A stretch of DNA of 64,000 bases from Candidatus Parcubacteria bacterium (GCA_046050355.1 JBJOPW010000003.1:1-64000); one strand, 5' to 3'. Positions 28,326-38,305 are shown, counted from the stretch's first letter. The notes: generated from the letters alone by a model not told the origin. Numbers and translations: made by a program.

Positions 28326-28400
28326 GGCCCTATCGTCTAGCGGCTAGGACACAGGATTCTCATTCCTGTAACCGGGGTTCGATTCCCCGTAGGGTCACCA
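28326..28400 (+). tRNA. tRNA-Glu(CTC)
   Basis: Anticodon arm CAGGA-TTCTCAT-TCCTG; T-loop TTCGATT; encoded CCA. Confidence 0.95.
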
Positions 28401-28437
28401 AAGAGTGCATCGGTTCAAGCGTCCGAGAAAGATTATC

Positions 28438-29292
28438 ATGGACAACAAATTCCCAAGTTTAAATATAAAAAAGTTTTCGCATAGCTACAGCACATTTTTT
28501 GATGCAGCAAAACATGTATTAAAAACTGCATACACAAACGGCACTCTACTTCACATTCTGCCTGAAAAGATCTGTAAGCAATATCGATATAGTGAACATA
28601 ACCGTAATCATCTTGGGTTGATGAATTTTTTAGAAAGTTCGTATATTTTAAAAGAAGATAAAGATGGGTTTATCTCATTTTTGAATGAAGTAATTCCTGA
28701 AGTATTAAAACTTTACCAACGATCGTCATATGAACTTGATGGGATAAATAAAAAACTTAGCGAAACACTTTTAGATTTTATTGATCTAGTAATTAGCACT
28801 AATGAAGTAGAGGTTTTCGATCTGGACTTTTTCTATGACAAAAAAGATAGATCATTCAAAAGAAAACTTGATGATGTAACAATTGAAGTTATAAATCGAA
28901 ACACTTCTAACCTTGATGAAGATGATACTAACAAATTACGTTACGATGAGTGTGTCGCGGAGTTTTTAGCATTCAGACATGACGGACAATCAAATAAGCA
29001 TCTTTTTTACAACCAATCTCTAGATAAGTTAAAGAGGATTATAGAAAATACACTTGAAAAACTTTACACTAAAGAAGATGGTACCTTTCCTAAACTAAGT
29101 AACAAGAAGCAAATCTCAAATATTCTCTTTGATGATCAAAATCCTGATTTTGAAAATCGTATTGGATACGTTGTGTCAAATATTCATCATGAGCAAGGTG
29201 GTCAGCCAAAGAAATTTACTGAGAAAGAATATGTATACCTTTGGCTAGAACTAAACCAAATTCTATACTTACTTAATAGGTATAAAAAATAA
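28438..29292 (+). CDS. AT-rich hypothetical protein
   Basis: 284-aa ORF, visibly much lower GC than neighbours, directly after tRNA-Glu. Confidence 0.8.
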   Translation: MDNKFPSLNIKKFSHSYSTFFDAAKHVLKTAYTNGTLLHILPEKICKQYRYSEHNRNHLGLMNFLESSYILKEDKDGFISFLNEVIPEVLKLYQRSSYELDGINKKLSETLLDFIDLVISTNEVEVFDLDFFYDKKDRSFKRKLDDVTIEVINRNTSNLDEDDTNKLRYDECVAEFLAFRHDGQSNKHLFYNQSLDKLKRIIENTLEKLYTKEDGTFPKLSNKKQISNILFDDQNPDFENRIGYVVSNIHHEQGGQPKKFTEKEYVYLWLELNQILYLLNRYKK

Positions 29293-29477
29293 ATTGCAAA
29301 TCCTATCACTTGAGCAAAAGGTACACGAGCTTAATACCCTGGTACATAAATGTCTAAAAGAAGAAGATCGACTTGAGCAAGACTTCAAAGGCTATGATTA
29401 AAACAGCAACTTAAATCTAAAGCTAACGACTATACATAAGAAGTGACACTCTCCCCTAACAGGAGTATTATAGGGAT

Positions 29478-30149
29478 ATGAAAAACAACACAATTTTGAT
29501 CGCTCTTGGAGCGCTGGTACTCGGTGGACTTGGCGGTTATGGCCTCGCGTCCGGACATGGTGATTGGTCACGTGGTGGCTATAAGGACCGTGACCGCGAC
29601 GACGCTACCCCGATGGGTATGCACCGGATGCCGGACGGCTCGATGATGGGTAATACTACCAATACACCAAACAATACCGGTATGGGGATGATGGGTGGTA
29701 TGGGGATGGGTATGATGATGGTCAGTAGTGAAAAAGAATTCCTCACGGAGATGATTCCCCACCACGAAGAAGCGGTAGTCACTGCGAAAGAAGTGCTCAC
29801 TCGTGGCGCCACCACCCCAGAGATCAAGACGCTCGCTGAAGGGATCATCACCGCCCAGGAAAAAGAAATTGCGAGTATGAAGACCTGGTATGCCGCCTGG
29901 TACGGTACTCCATACACACCGTCTGGCAAGTACGAACCGATGATGCGCGACCTCAGTAAGCTCAGTGGGAAAGACCTCGACAAGACCTTCCTCGAAGACA
30001 TGGTCATGCACCATATGGGTGCTATCATGATGGCCCATAGTGTACAGGGTGTCATCGAACACAAGGAGGTGGAAGATTTGAGCAAAGCAATTATCGAATC
30101 ACAATCAAAGGAAATTCGGCTGATGCGCCAACTTCGAGTAGGGTTATAA
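29478..30149 (+). CDS. DUF305/CopM-like exported protein
   Basis: MIPHHEEAV, MVMHHMGAIMMA, Met-rich linker. Confidence 0.9.
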   Translation: MKNNTILIALGALVLGGLGGYGLASGHGDWSRGGYKDRDRDDATPMGMHRMPDGSMMGNTTNTPNNTGMGMMGGMGMGMMMVSSEKEFLTEMIPHHEEAVVTAKEVLTRGATTPEIKTLAEGIITAQEKEIASMKTWYAAWYGTPYTPSGKYEPMMRDLSKLSGKDLDKTFLEDMVMHHMGAIMMAHSVQGVIEHKEVEDLSKAIIESQSKEIRLMRQLRVGL

Positions 30150-30297
30150 GAGTAAAAGAGGAAAGATTCACAAGACCGCAGGCGAGTGCCTGCGGTCTTG
30201 TGCTTAGACATTACCGCGCACTATTGATTTTTAGACAAAAGTATTGTATTATCAAATAAGTTAGTGCTGCACACCGCCACCAAAATGGAGTTTTAAA

Positions 30298-30756
30298 TTG
30301 AAGGTAACCGTCACTTCTGTCCTACCCACAAACGGTGCTGTCGTCTGGAAGCTCTTGAAACAGACTTCAACCCTCATCTATGTGGCTGGCGGTTGGATGA
30401 CCTACGACGGTGCTACTGATCTACCACCGACATGGCAAACAGGGGCCACCATGAACCTCAAGCCGAAACTTTGGGGTCAGCCACAAGGCGATCACATCGT
30501 GCAGGTAGTTGCCGTCAATGATGCCGACCGGATCATTGAGACACGTGAACATGGGGCCAGCATCACCAAGTGGGACCATACCATGCGGGTAATGGGCAAT
30601 TCATCCAACACCTGCCTACTCGTCGACACCATCGAGATCGAAGCGGGCTGGCGAACCTTGGCAATCGCGACTTTTGCGTGGTTCTTCTATCGCCATCGTC
30701 ATAGACGGTGGCTACAGCTTATCGCACATGAAACGAAACTGATGACCGCCAGCTAA
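30298..30756 (+). CDS. Hypothetical protein (SRPBCC-like)
   Basis: TREHG...WDHTM, D.IEIEAG, FFYRHRHRRW; TTG start. Confidence 0.65.
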   Translation: MKVTVTSVLPTNGAVVWKLLKQTSTLIYVAGGWMTYDGATDLPPTWQTGATMNLKPKLWGQPQGDHIVQVVAVNDADRIIETREHGASITKWDHTMRVMGNSSNTCLLVDTIEIEAGWRTLAIATFAWFFYRHRHRRWLQLIAHETKLMTAS

Positions 30757-30826
30757 AACGCCGAGAGACGAGGACTATCGAGTCTTCGTCTCTCGACACC
30801 CCTCCCCCCGCCCTGACCAGCGGTTT

Positions 30827-31303
30827 TTACTTTTCTGCTTTTAATATGGCTTTGAGATCTTTCAGTAGGTCAAGCGCATGGGTAGCTGGATCAACTTCAG
30901 GATAGACTTTGGCTACTTTACCGTCTCGCCCAATAAGGTACGAAATACGGTTAGTACCACGAACTTCTTTACCGTACATCTTTTTTACGACAAAGGCGCC
31001 GTACTTGTCCATCATCTCCATAGTAGGATCAGAGAGGAGCGTAAATGGTAGTGCGTATTTCTCGGCAAACTTCTTGTGGGACTTTGCGGTGTCTTTGCTA
31101 ACTCCAAAAACATTCACCTTCATCCGTTTGAAGTCTTTGTAGACATCGGCAATCATGCAGGCTTCTTTGGTACAGCCAGGCGTATCATCCTTGGGATAAA
31201 AGTAGATAATCGTCCACTGCCCCATTAATTCCTTGTGGGTATGGGTAACTCCATCTTGATCAACGAGTGAAAACGCTGAGGCTTTTTTACCAATTTTTAG
31301 CAT
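30827..31303 (-). CDS. bcp: Peroxiredoxin Bcp
   Basis: YFYPKDDTPGCTKEAC. Confidence 0.95.
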   Translation of the reverse strand: MLKIGKKASAFSLVDQDGVTHTHKELMGQWTIIYFYPKDDTPGCTKEACMIADVYKDFKRMKVNVFGVSKDTAKSHKKFAEKYALPFTLLSDPTMEMMDKYGAFVVKKMYGKEVRGTNRISYLIGRDGKVAKVYPEVDPATHALDLLKDLKAILKAEK

Positions 31304-31385
31304 ATCTTCGAGTATAACAAATTCTCTTTTGATACTGCCAGAGACACTTACGGCCCGCGTGGGAGAGGCGGGCCGGTGACTTTGG

Positions 31386-31598
31386 TTAGCGGGCGGTGAC
31401 CTGAAGTCGGGTTTCGGCGAGGCGACGCGTGAGCACTGCTGTCCTCACCAAAACGTGACGGTCTGTCTGATCACATTGACGACACTCGCTAAGGACAACC
31501 TCGTATTGACTGGCATCAAAGCGCGAAACGAATTCCAGCTCCTGCTCGTAGGTCTCATCAAAGTCCGCGAAAGGGTCAGCGACGGGGTCGGGCTGCAT
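31386..31598 (-). CDS. Small hypothetical protein
   Basis: 70 aa, GAGG RBS, CxxC, downstream hairpin. Confidence 0.5.
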   Translation of the reverse strand: MQPDPVADPFADFDETYEQELEFVSRFDASQYEVVLSECRQCDQTDRHVLVRTAVLTRRLAETRLQVTAR

Positions 31599-31724
31599 GG
31601 TTACCTCGCTAGATAAGAAGAGCTTATGTTTTTAATTTATGCTACCGTGCCGCACTTGGCAAGACTTTAGTCATTAACATGATTGCCAAAAGACTAGGCC
31701 TGCCTCATGTATAATTTCCATATT

Positions 31725-32558
31725 ATGGAGAGACTCAGATCGACCGAATCTACCGATTTGGAAATGTTTAGTCAGCCAGTATTTAACCAGTTGACTATGA
31801 AAGCAACACAGGTCAATCGCTCTGCCTCGTTGGATATGGAGCCATTTATTGATCTGTATGGTTTAGCTAAAGTAAAAGAAGATTATAGTAAAATCGCGGG
31901 GAAAATACTTAGCTATGATAAACCCATTTCAAAGGCTGAGGCGATGGGTCCAATTTTTGAAGCGGCATTTTTGGATATAGGACAGAGAGGTCAGTGGTTT
32001 GGGGAAAATAGTGAACTAGTCCGAGCCTCTAAGTTTGACGACATTGAAAATGGCATTGATACCATAGCGACGATGGTGGCACCAGACACTAGCGCTAGAC
32101 ATTTGGCAATTGCGTCAGATCTAACATTTAGTTACCCCAAAGTGAGTGCGAAGTTCAATCGAATAGTCACTGACGCATTTCGAGGTAAATTAGCGGAAAT
32201 AAAATATTTTCATTCAGAATTACTCCATTTTACCGGGAAACAGTCAAATGTCCCTCGTACCGTCATAGGTCTCGAATCAAAAAATCTTAACCAGATGTTA
32301 CTCCGTTGGCTCAAAGAACCAGAACTGACACAATTACAGTATGGTTCAATAATCATGCAACAAATCGCTGCTCAGTGTGAAACGCTGTCCTTAGTAGCTT
32401 ACTCAAAACATAAAGATGCTTTTGGTGCTTACCGTCGCGTTGCTGACACTGCTCACATCCTACTTCGGACACACTATAAAGATATTGAACCGCCTGAAGA
32501 TAAGATCCTTGATGCGATTAAAGGTCAAAGTGCTCGCTTAAAATCTGAATTTTCATAA
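31725..32558 (+). CDS. Hypothetical protein
   Basis: 277-aa ORF with FE, ASKFDDIENGID, DLTFS motifs. Confidence 0.8.
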   Translation: MERLRSTESTDLEMFSQPVFNQLTMKATQVNRSASLDMEPFIDLYGLAKVKEDYSKIAGKILSYDKPISKAEAMGPIFEAAFLDIGQRGQWFGENSELVRASKFDDIENGIDTIATMVAPDTSARHLAIASDLTFSYPKVSAKFNRIVTDAFRGKLAEIKYFHSELLHFTGKQSNVPRTVIGLESKNLNQMLLRWLKEPELTQLQYGSIIMQQIAAQCETLSLVAYSKHKDAFGAYRRVADTAHILLRTHYKDIEPPEDKILDAIKGQSARLKSEFS

Positions 32559-32608
32559 GACTTGTTGTCATTGCATATCGAGTATATTTCAGTATACTAA
32601 TCCCACCC

Positions 32609-32680
32609 GACCGATTAGCTCAGTGGTAGAGCGCTTCGTTGACATCGAAGAGGCCACAAGTTCAATCCTTGTATCGGTCA
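32609..32680 (+). tRNA. tRNA-Val(GAC)
   Basis: Acceptor GACCGAT/ATCGGTC; anticodon arm CTTCG-TTGACAT-CGAAG. Confidence 0.95.
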
Positions 32681-32684
32681 CAGT

Positions 32685-33548
32685 ATGGATGCCATTTTAA
32701 AAGACACCGTTATCATCTACCACGGCGACTGTCCCGATGGCTTTGGGGCCGCCTACGCCGCCTGGAAGAAGTTTGGTGATACCGCCACCTACCTCCCGTG
32801 GAAAGATCATGGGGTCCTTCCAAGCGGACTCGTAGATAAAAGTATCTTTATTGTCGACTTCTCTTTTCATACCCCTCTGCTGAAGCAACTGAACGACACG
32901 AACACAAGTGTCGTCGTCATCGACCATCACGTCTCGGCTGAAGCTGATGTGCGCATATACCCGCAGAACATCTTTGATAACAATCACTCTGGTTGTGTAC
33001 TGGCCTGGCAGTACTTCCACCCTGGGGTACCAGTACCTAATGTACTGCTATATGTTGAGGATCACGACCTGTGGCGTTTTGCACTCATCGAACATCGTGA
33101 GTTTAATGTCGCGTTGCACGAAGAAGTATCGTTTGATTTTGTAGCATGGGACAATCTCATCGAGCGATTGAAAGACGAAAACAATCTCATCAACTTTATA
33201 GCCAAAGGTGCCCTCCTCGCGAAGTTTGAAGACAAAATTGTAAACAAGATATTTTCTTACCGAGAGAAAGTCATCTTTGAAGGTATCGAATGTTATGCGA
33301 TTAACGCCAGTCGGTATTATCGGAGTATCCTTGGCAACATGCTCGCCGAATTAAACGAGAATGAGGGTCGTCTACCACTTGGAATCGTATACTATCGCAG
33401 TCATGGTCGAGTGAACATATCACTTAGAAGTAAAGGTAGGGTAGATGTCGCTAGCATAGCGGCCAAGTTTGGTGGCGGCGGACACAAGCATGCTGCTGGG
33501 ATTGAGGTCAAAAACTTCCGCGACTTACCGTTTGCATTTGTAGAATAA
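32685..33548 (+). CDS. DHH/DHHA1 phosphoesterase
   Basis: YHGDCPDG, VDF, IDHH, SLRS, GGGGHKHAAG. Confidence 0.92.
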   Translation: MDAILKDTVIIYHGDCPDGFGAAYAAWKKFGDTATYLPWKDHGVLPSGLVDKSIFIVDFSFHTPLLKQLNDTNTSVVVIDHHVSAEADVRIYPQNIFDNNHSGCVLAWQYFHPGVPVPNVLLYVEDHDLWRFALIEHREFNVALHEEVSFDFVAWDNLIERLKDENNLINFIAKGALLAKFEDKIVNKIFSYREKVIFEGIECYAINASRYYRSILGNMLAELNENEGRLPLGIVYYRSHGRVNISLRSKGRVDVASIAAKFGGGGHKHAAGIEVKNFRDLPFAFVE

Positions 33549-33597
33549 TCTTATAACCATTCCATTTCTTCCATTTCGTGGTATAACTGGTCACGTT

Positions 33598-34767
33598 ATG
33601 CGTATTCTCTCGATTGAAACTAGCTGCGACGAAACCGCCATCAGCATTGTTGATGTTGAGAGTGAATTCCCGACCGCTACCTACACCGTCCTTGGTAATG
33701 CACTGTTTTCACAAGTCGACCTCCACAAAGAGTATGGGGGTGTCTTCCCGATGATCGCAAAGCGTGAACACGCGAAGACCCTTGTTCCCATGCTTGAAAA
33801 AGCCCTCAAGGAAGCCGAACTCTACGAAGCGGGCGAAACCGTAGTGGAAGATATGGCCAAGCTCCGTGAGACCCTCAGTCGCGAAGACGGTCTCGCTGAT
33901 GACTTTATCGCCTTCCTCGCTCACACCCATCTCCCAGAAATAGACATGATTGCGGTCACCAGTGGTCCTGGCCTCGAGCCAGCGCTCTGGGTCGGCGTGA
34001 GTTTCGGGAAAGCGCTGGCGGCAGTGCTTGGCTGCCCCGTCATTCCGGTCAATCATATGGAAGGACATATCCTTGCCTCACTCTACGATGTCGAGGTCGA
34101 TGACGCACTGGCACCAATACAGTTCCCAGCGCTCGCCCTCCTCGTCTCGGGTGGACACACCGAACTCATCCTCATGAAGAACTGGGGCCAGTACAAAAAA
34201 ATTGGTCAGACCCGTGACGATGCGGTGGGTGAAGCTTTTGATAAAGTCGCACGCCTGATGGGGCTCCCCTACCCGGGGGGACCCGAAATTGGTCGCCGGG
34301 CCGCGATAGCGCGCACCGCGAACCTTCCCCACTACGGCGACAAGGTACTGCCCCGTCCAATGATACACAGTGATGATTTTGATTTCTCGTATGCAGGACT
34401 CAAGACCGCGGTACGCAATCTCGTTGGCGACAAGACACTCTCAGAAGACGAAAAGAACGCTCTCTCCCGCGACTTTGAAGACGCGGCTATTGAGTCACTC
34501 TACACAAAGACGGTAAAAGCGATTGACCACTACGGTATCAATACCCTCATCATCGGCGGCGGGGTCTCAGCGAACAGCTTCCTCCGTCAGACCTTTACCG
34601 AAAAGCTCCTTGCGACCCATCCTCATATCGAGGTCTACCTCCCCCACCGCCACCTCTCAACTGACAATAGTGTCATGATTGCGCTCGCTGGCCACGCACA
34701 ACTCGCTACCGCTCGCTCTGCCGGAGCCATAGCCTATATCCGCGCCGACGGCAACCGCTCGCTTTAA
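33598..34767 (+). CDS. tsaD: tRNA t6A synthase TsaD
   Basis: IETSCDET, NHMEGH, SGGHT, DDAVGEAFDK, TDN. Confidence 0.97.
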   Translation: MRILSIETSCDETAISIVDVESEFPTATYTVLGNALFSQVDLHKEYGGVFPMIAKREHAKTLVPMLEKALKEAELYEAGETVVEDMAKLRETLSREDGLADDFIAFLAHTHLPEIDMIAVTSGPGLEPALWVGVSFGKALAAVLGCPVIPVNHMEGHILASLYDVEVDDALAPIQFPALALLVSGGHTELILMKNWGQYKKIGQTRDDAVGEAFDKVARLMGLPYPGGPEIGRRAAIARTANLPHYGDKVLPRPMIHSDDFDFSYAGLKTAVRNLVGDKTLSEDEKNALSRDFEDAAIESLYTKTVKAIDHYGINTLIIGGGVSANSFLRQTFTEKLLATHPHIEVYLPHRHLSTDNSVMIALAGHAQLATARSAGAIAYIRADGNRSL

Positions 34768-34771
34768 AGAT

Positions 34772-35275
34772 ATGACCAATAATATTGAGCGGCTGGGTCA
34801 CAGTAAAGACAATAAGGTTTTATACCTTGATCTTGACTCCTCACATGCAATCACCCATTTTGCCAAACATAAAAACTTAAAAGCTCTCATAAGTGAGCAC
34901 ATCAGCAACATAGTACTTGATACACCGATAGTTCGTGTTGAAATCGACACAGGGAGTGAAGTAGGTCTCTGTGACTTGGTTACTACCAACGAAACAGACG
35001 AGATAGTGTATGCGAAGCGCCCGCTCCGACATACCTACTCTAGGTTTGCTAAAAACCGCCAGAGCGAACCAACGACCTGGTTTGTACTAGATATTCGTAA
35101 ACAGCAAAGTGGCAATTATTTTCTGTACACAGCTTTTATTGGTCGTCTAACCCCTTCGTTTCCAGGTGGAGACTTTCTTCCTGAGCAGAGTCGAGACTTC
35201 TGGAGTAATCATGCTCTCGTTTGGGGTTCACAAGATGTTCTTCCAGATAGCGAAACCACCAACTGTCCTTGGTAA
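34772..35275 (+). CDS. Hypothetical protein
   Basis: IVYAKR..R, LYTAFIG...P, FWSNHALV. Confidence 0.75.
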   Translation: MTNNIERLGHSKDNKVLYLDLDSSHAITHFAKHKNLKALISEHISNIVLDTPIVRVEIDTGSEVGLCDLVTTNETDEIVYAKRPLRHTYSRFAKNRQSEPTTWFVLDIRKQQSGNYFLYTAFIGRLTPSFPGGDFLPEQSRDFWSNHALVWGSQDVLPDSETTNCPW

Positions 35276-35326
35276 GGTTACGTACTTGCACAACAATACG
35301 TCTGTGCTATATTCAAACTATAACCC

Positions 35327-35466
35327 ATGAAGCACACATTTGTAACCTATTTCTATTTTTGGTTTACGAAGCGGGAACACCGTGGTGCTTTTGTGATGAA
35401 ATAGAAATAGAAAGATAATCACAAAACAGTGCGGGGTTCCCTACGGGAACCCCGCACTGTTTTGTG
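35327..35466 (+). promoter_or_regulatory. Candidate attenuator with aromatic-rich leader peptide
   Basis: ORF 35327-35404 MKHTFVTYFYFWFTKREHRGAFVMK; terminator 35420-35466; antiterminator strand 35373-35397. Confidence 0.7.
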
Positions 35467-35562
35467 TAGGCCGCTCCTCTTGACCTAGGGTACCCCTAGG
35501 TCAAGAGGAGCGACCGGCAACCACGCCGGAAGCGCAAAAATGTTCCAACACGGAGACGATAC

Positions 35563-35754
35563 ATGACGTTTGTTCCAACTGGTAACCAAGGTCCATTTCC
35601 GCCCAAACCTGGGAAGAGGCTGGGACCAAGTCGCGAACGTGGCGAGCACCTCAACCGCACCCATGACGGGGCCGATAAACTTGGTACAACCGAACCGCAA
35701 CAGCCATCACCTGAGGATGACATCGTGGGGTGGCCTCGGGCAGATCAATTGTAG
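35563..35754 (+). CDS. Small hypothetical protein downstream of attenuator
   Basis: GGAG RBS, 63 aa, followed by GCCCGCGCA/TGCGCGGGC + T-tract terminator. Confidence 0.5.
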   Translation: MTFVPTGNQGPFPPKPGKRLGPSRERGEHLNRTHDGADKLGTTEPQQPSPEDDIVGWPRADQL

Positions 35755-35807
35755 GTCTATAAGCAGTACTCATTCGCCCGCGCACCTGCGCGGGCTTTCT
35801 TTTTGGT

Positions 35808-35858
35808 CGAGGTCTTGCCTCGTCTCAGCATATGTACCACGTACGAGGCAAGACCTCG
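35808..35858. repeat. REP-like inverted doublet
   Basis: CGAGGTCTTGCCTCGT ... ACGAGGCAAGACCTCG. Confidence 0.8.
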
Positions 35859-35973
35859 TACTTGATATTTCCGGTTTAATTTTCAATATTCAATGTTCTC
35901 TATTCTATATTTTTGTGCTACGATGCGACTACTATGAGTGAGTTTATTCCGTTAGAAATCAACGTTTATTATT

Positions 35974-38190
35974 ATGGAAAACAATACAAATAACATGAAT
36001 GGGGCTTCTCAAAGCCCAATTTCTAACGGGACGAGTCAAGGTCAAAGTACCACCCCAGCCCTCTTTACCAGTCCCTATAATCCGGCCGACCACGAAGCCC
36101 GTATCTATGAGCTATGGGAGCAGTCAGGTTATTTCAATCCAGACAATTTGCCCGGGGACCGGACTGAGCCTTTTGCTGTGGTGATGCCACCACCAAACGC
36201 CAATGCCTCACTCCATGCTGGCCATGCCCTGTTTGTGACCATTGAAGACATCATGATTCGCTACGAGCGTATGAGGGGTAAGAAGGCTGTGTGGTTCCCA
36301 GGCTCAGACCATGCTGGTTTTGAGACCCAAGTGGTGTACGAAAAGCATCTTGAGAAAGAGGGTCGTTCACGTTTCCAGATGACTCGCGAAGAACTGTATG
36401 GTGAAATCTACGATTTCGTACAAAAGAATAAAAGCATGATGCAGAACCAGGTACGCTCACTTGGTGCATCCTGCGACTGGTCACGCCAGCTTTTTACCCT
36501 TGATGATCGCGTGAAGCGCATCGTCTATGAGACCTTCAAACAGCTCGAAACCGACGAACTCCTCTATCGTGGTGCTCGTTCGAGTAACTGGTGCCCGAAG
36601 CATCAGACCTCATTCTCGAATCTTGAAGTAGAACACGAGGAACGAACCGAACCATTTTATTACTTTCAATACGGACCATTTGTGATTGGTACGGCTCGTC
36701 CGGAGACCAAGTTCGGTGACAAGTATGTCGTCATGCACCCAGATGATGCGCGGTACGCACAGTACACCCACGGACAACAAATCGAGATGGAGTGGATCAA
36801 TGGGCCGATTACCGCCACTGTCATCAAAGACGAAGCCGGTGACCCGGAGCTCGGTACCGGTGTAATGACTATCACCCCCTGGCATTCTGGTATCGACTTT
36901 GAAATCGCGAAGCGTCACAATCTAGACTACGAACAGATCATCGACTGGCGCGGGAAGCTCCTCCCGATTGCCGGTGAGTTCGCTGGCCAGGATATTCGTG
37001 AAGCCCGTAAGTTGATTGTCGAGAAGCTCAAAGAAAAGGGACTCCTTGTCAAAATTGATGAAGGGTACCACCACGCGGTCCCCTGCTGCTACAAGTGTGG
37101 TCGTGAGATTGAACCACAGATTAAAGAGCAGTGGTTCGTCAACATGAAGCCACTGGCTGCCAAAGCTATTGAAGCTCTTGATGCTGGTCGCTACAGCTTC
37201 GTCACAGAACGTGATGAGCGCGTGTTCCGTCATTGGCTCTCAAATATCGAAGACTGGCCAATCGCCCGCCAGATTGCCTGGGGTATTCCCATTCCTGCCA
37301 AGGTCTGTACCGTATGTCATCACGGCATGGTCGACCTCGACAATACCATCACTGCCTGCACCAAGTGCGGTGGTACAGTCGAGCAGGAACAAGATACCTT
37401 TGATACTTGGTTCTCCTCTGGCCAGTGGCCACTGTGTGTGACCGACTTTGGTGGTGAGGGTAGCGACTTCAAAACTTTCTACCCCACCGCAGTGATGGAA
37501 ACGGGCAAAGACATAGTCTTCTTTTGGGTGGCGCGGATGGTGATGCTCGGTCTCTACCGCACCGGTGAAGTACCATTTAAGAAAATCTACCTCCACGGTA
37601 TGGTGCGGGACAAGCACGGCAAAAAGATGAGTAAGAGTAAAGGCAACGTGATAGCACCGAGCGAGATTCAAGAAAAGTACGGGACTGATGCACTCCGCAT
37701 GGGTCTCATGATGAACAATGTGCCCGGGACCGATATGAACCTCGATCCAGACAAGGTCAATGCGCACAAGAAGTTCGCCAACAAACTCTGGAACATCACC
37801 CGCTTTGTGCTTGATAACACCGCCGACTACACACCACAGCCACCGCATACCGCCGCTGACCAAGCCTTCGAGGACGCAAATCTCCACCCGATGGTTGCGG
37901 AGATTAACAAAGACATGGCCGCTGACCGTTTTGACCTCGCTGCCGAAAAGATCTACCACTTCGTTTGGGACCACTTCGCGAGTCAGGTAATCGAAGAGAG
38001 TAAGATACTTCTCGCTGGTTCACCCGCAGAACGTGCATCCCGCCAGCGCATGCTCACCCATTACCTCGTAACGTCACTCAAACTCCTCCACCCATTTATG
38101 CCGTTTGTGACCGAGGCCATCTGGCAGGAGCTACCAGCACACATGAAAGATGCAGAGATACTGATGATTGCATCTTGGCCAAAGGCATAA
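35974..38190 (+). CDS. valS: Valyl-tRNA synthetase (short form)
   Basis: PPPNA..LHAGHA, DHAG, DTWFSSG, KMSKS, LLHPFMPFVTE. Confidence 0.96.
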   Translation: MENNTNNMNGASQSPISNGTSQGQSTTPALFTSPYNPADHEARIYELWEQSGYFNPDNLPGDRTEPFAVVMPPPNANASLHAGHALFVTIEDIMIRYERMRGKKAVWFPGSDHAGFETQVVYEKHLEKEGRSRFQMTREELYGEIYDFVQKNKSMMQNQVRSLGASCDWSRQLFTLDDRVKRIVYETFKQLETDELLYRGARSSNWCPKHQTSFSNLEVEHEERTEPFYYFQYGPFVIGTARPETKFGDKYVVMHPDDARYAQYTHGQQIEMEWINGPITATVIKDEAGDPELGTGVMTITPWHSGIDFEIAKRHNLDYEQIIDWRGKLLPIAGEFAGQDIREARKLIVEKLKEKGLLVKIDEGYHHAVPCCYKCGREIEPQIKEQWFVNMKPLAAKAIEALDAGRYSFVTERDERVFRHWLSNIEDWPIARQIAWGIPIPAKVCTVCHHGMVDLDNTITACTKCGGTVEQEQDTFDTWFSSGQWPLCVTDFGGEGSDFKTFYPTAVMETGKDIVFFWVARMVMLGLYRTGEVPFKKIYLHGMVRDKHGKKMSKSKGNVIAPSEIQEKYGTDALRMGLMMNNVPGTDMNLDPDKVNAHKKFANKLWNITRFVLDNTADYTPQPPHTAADQAFEDANLHPMVAEINKDMAADRFDLAAEKIYHFVWDHFASQVIEESKILLAGSPAERASRQRMLTHYLVTSLKLLHPFMPFVTEAIWQELPAHMKDAEILMIASWPKA

Positions 38191-38305
38191 CGTGGTACGA
38201 TCGACTATTTTGGAAATCGCCTCAAATGAGGCGATTTCCTTTTCCCCGTATCGGGCTTTCTCGCCACTATTCGCAAGACTACGCCTGCTACAATGTTAAG
38301 ACACT

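Noticed and set aside
29445-29470. Second CsoR operator upstream of the DUF305 gene
   Set aside because: Only weak symmetry; not supportable by eye.
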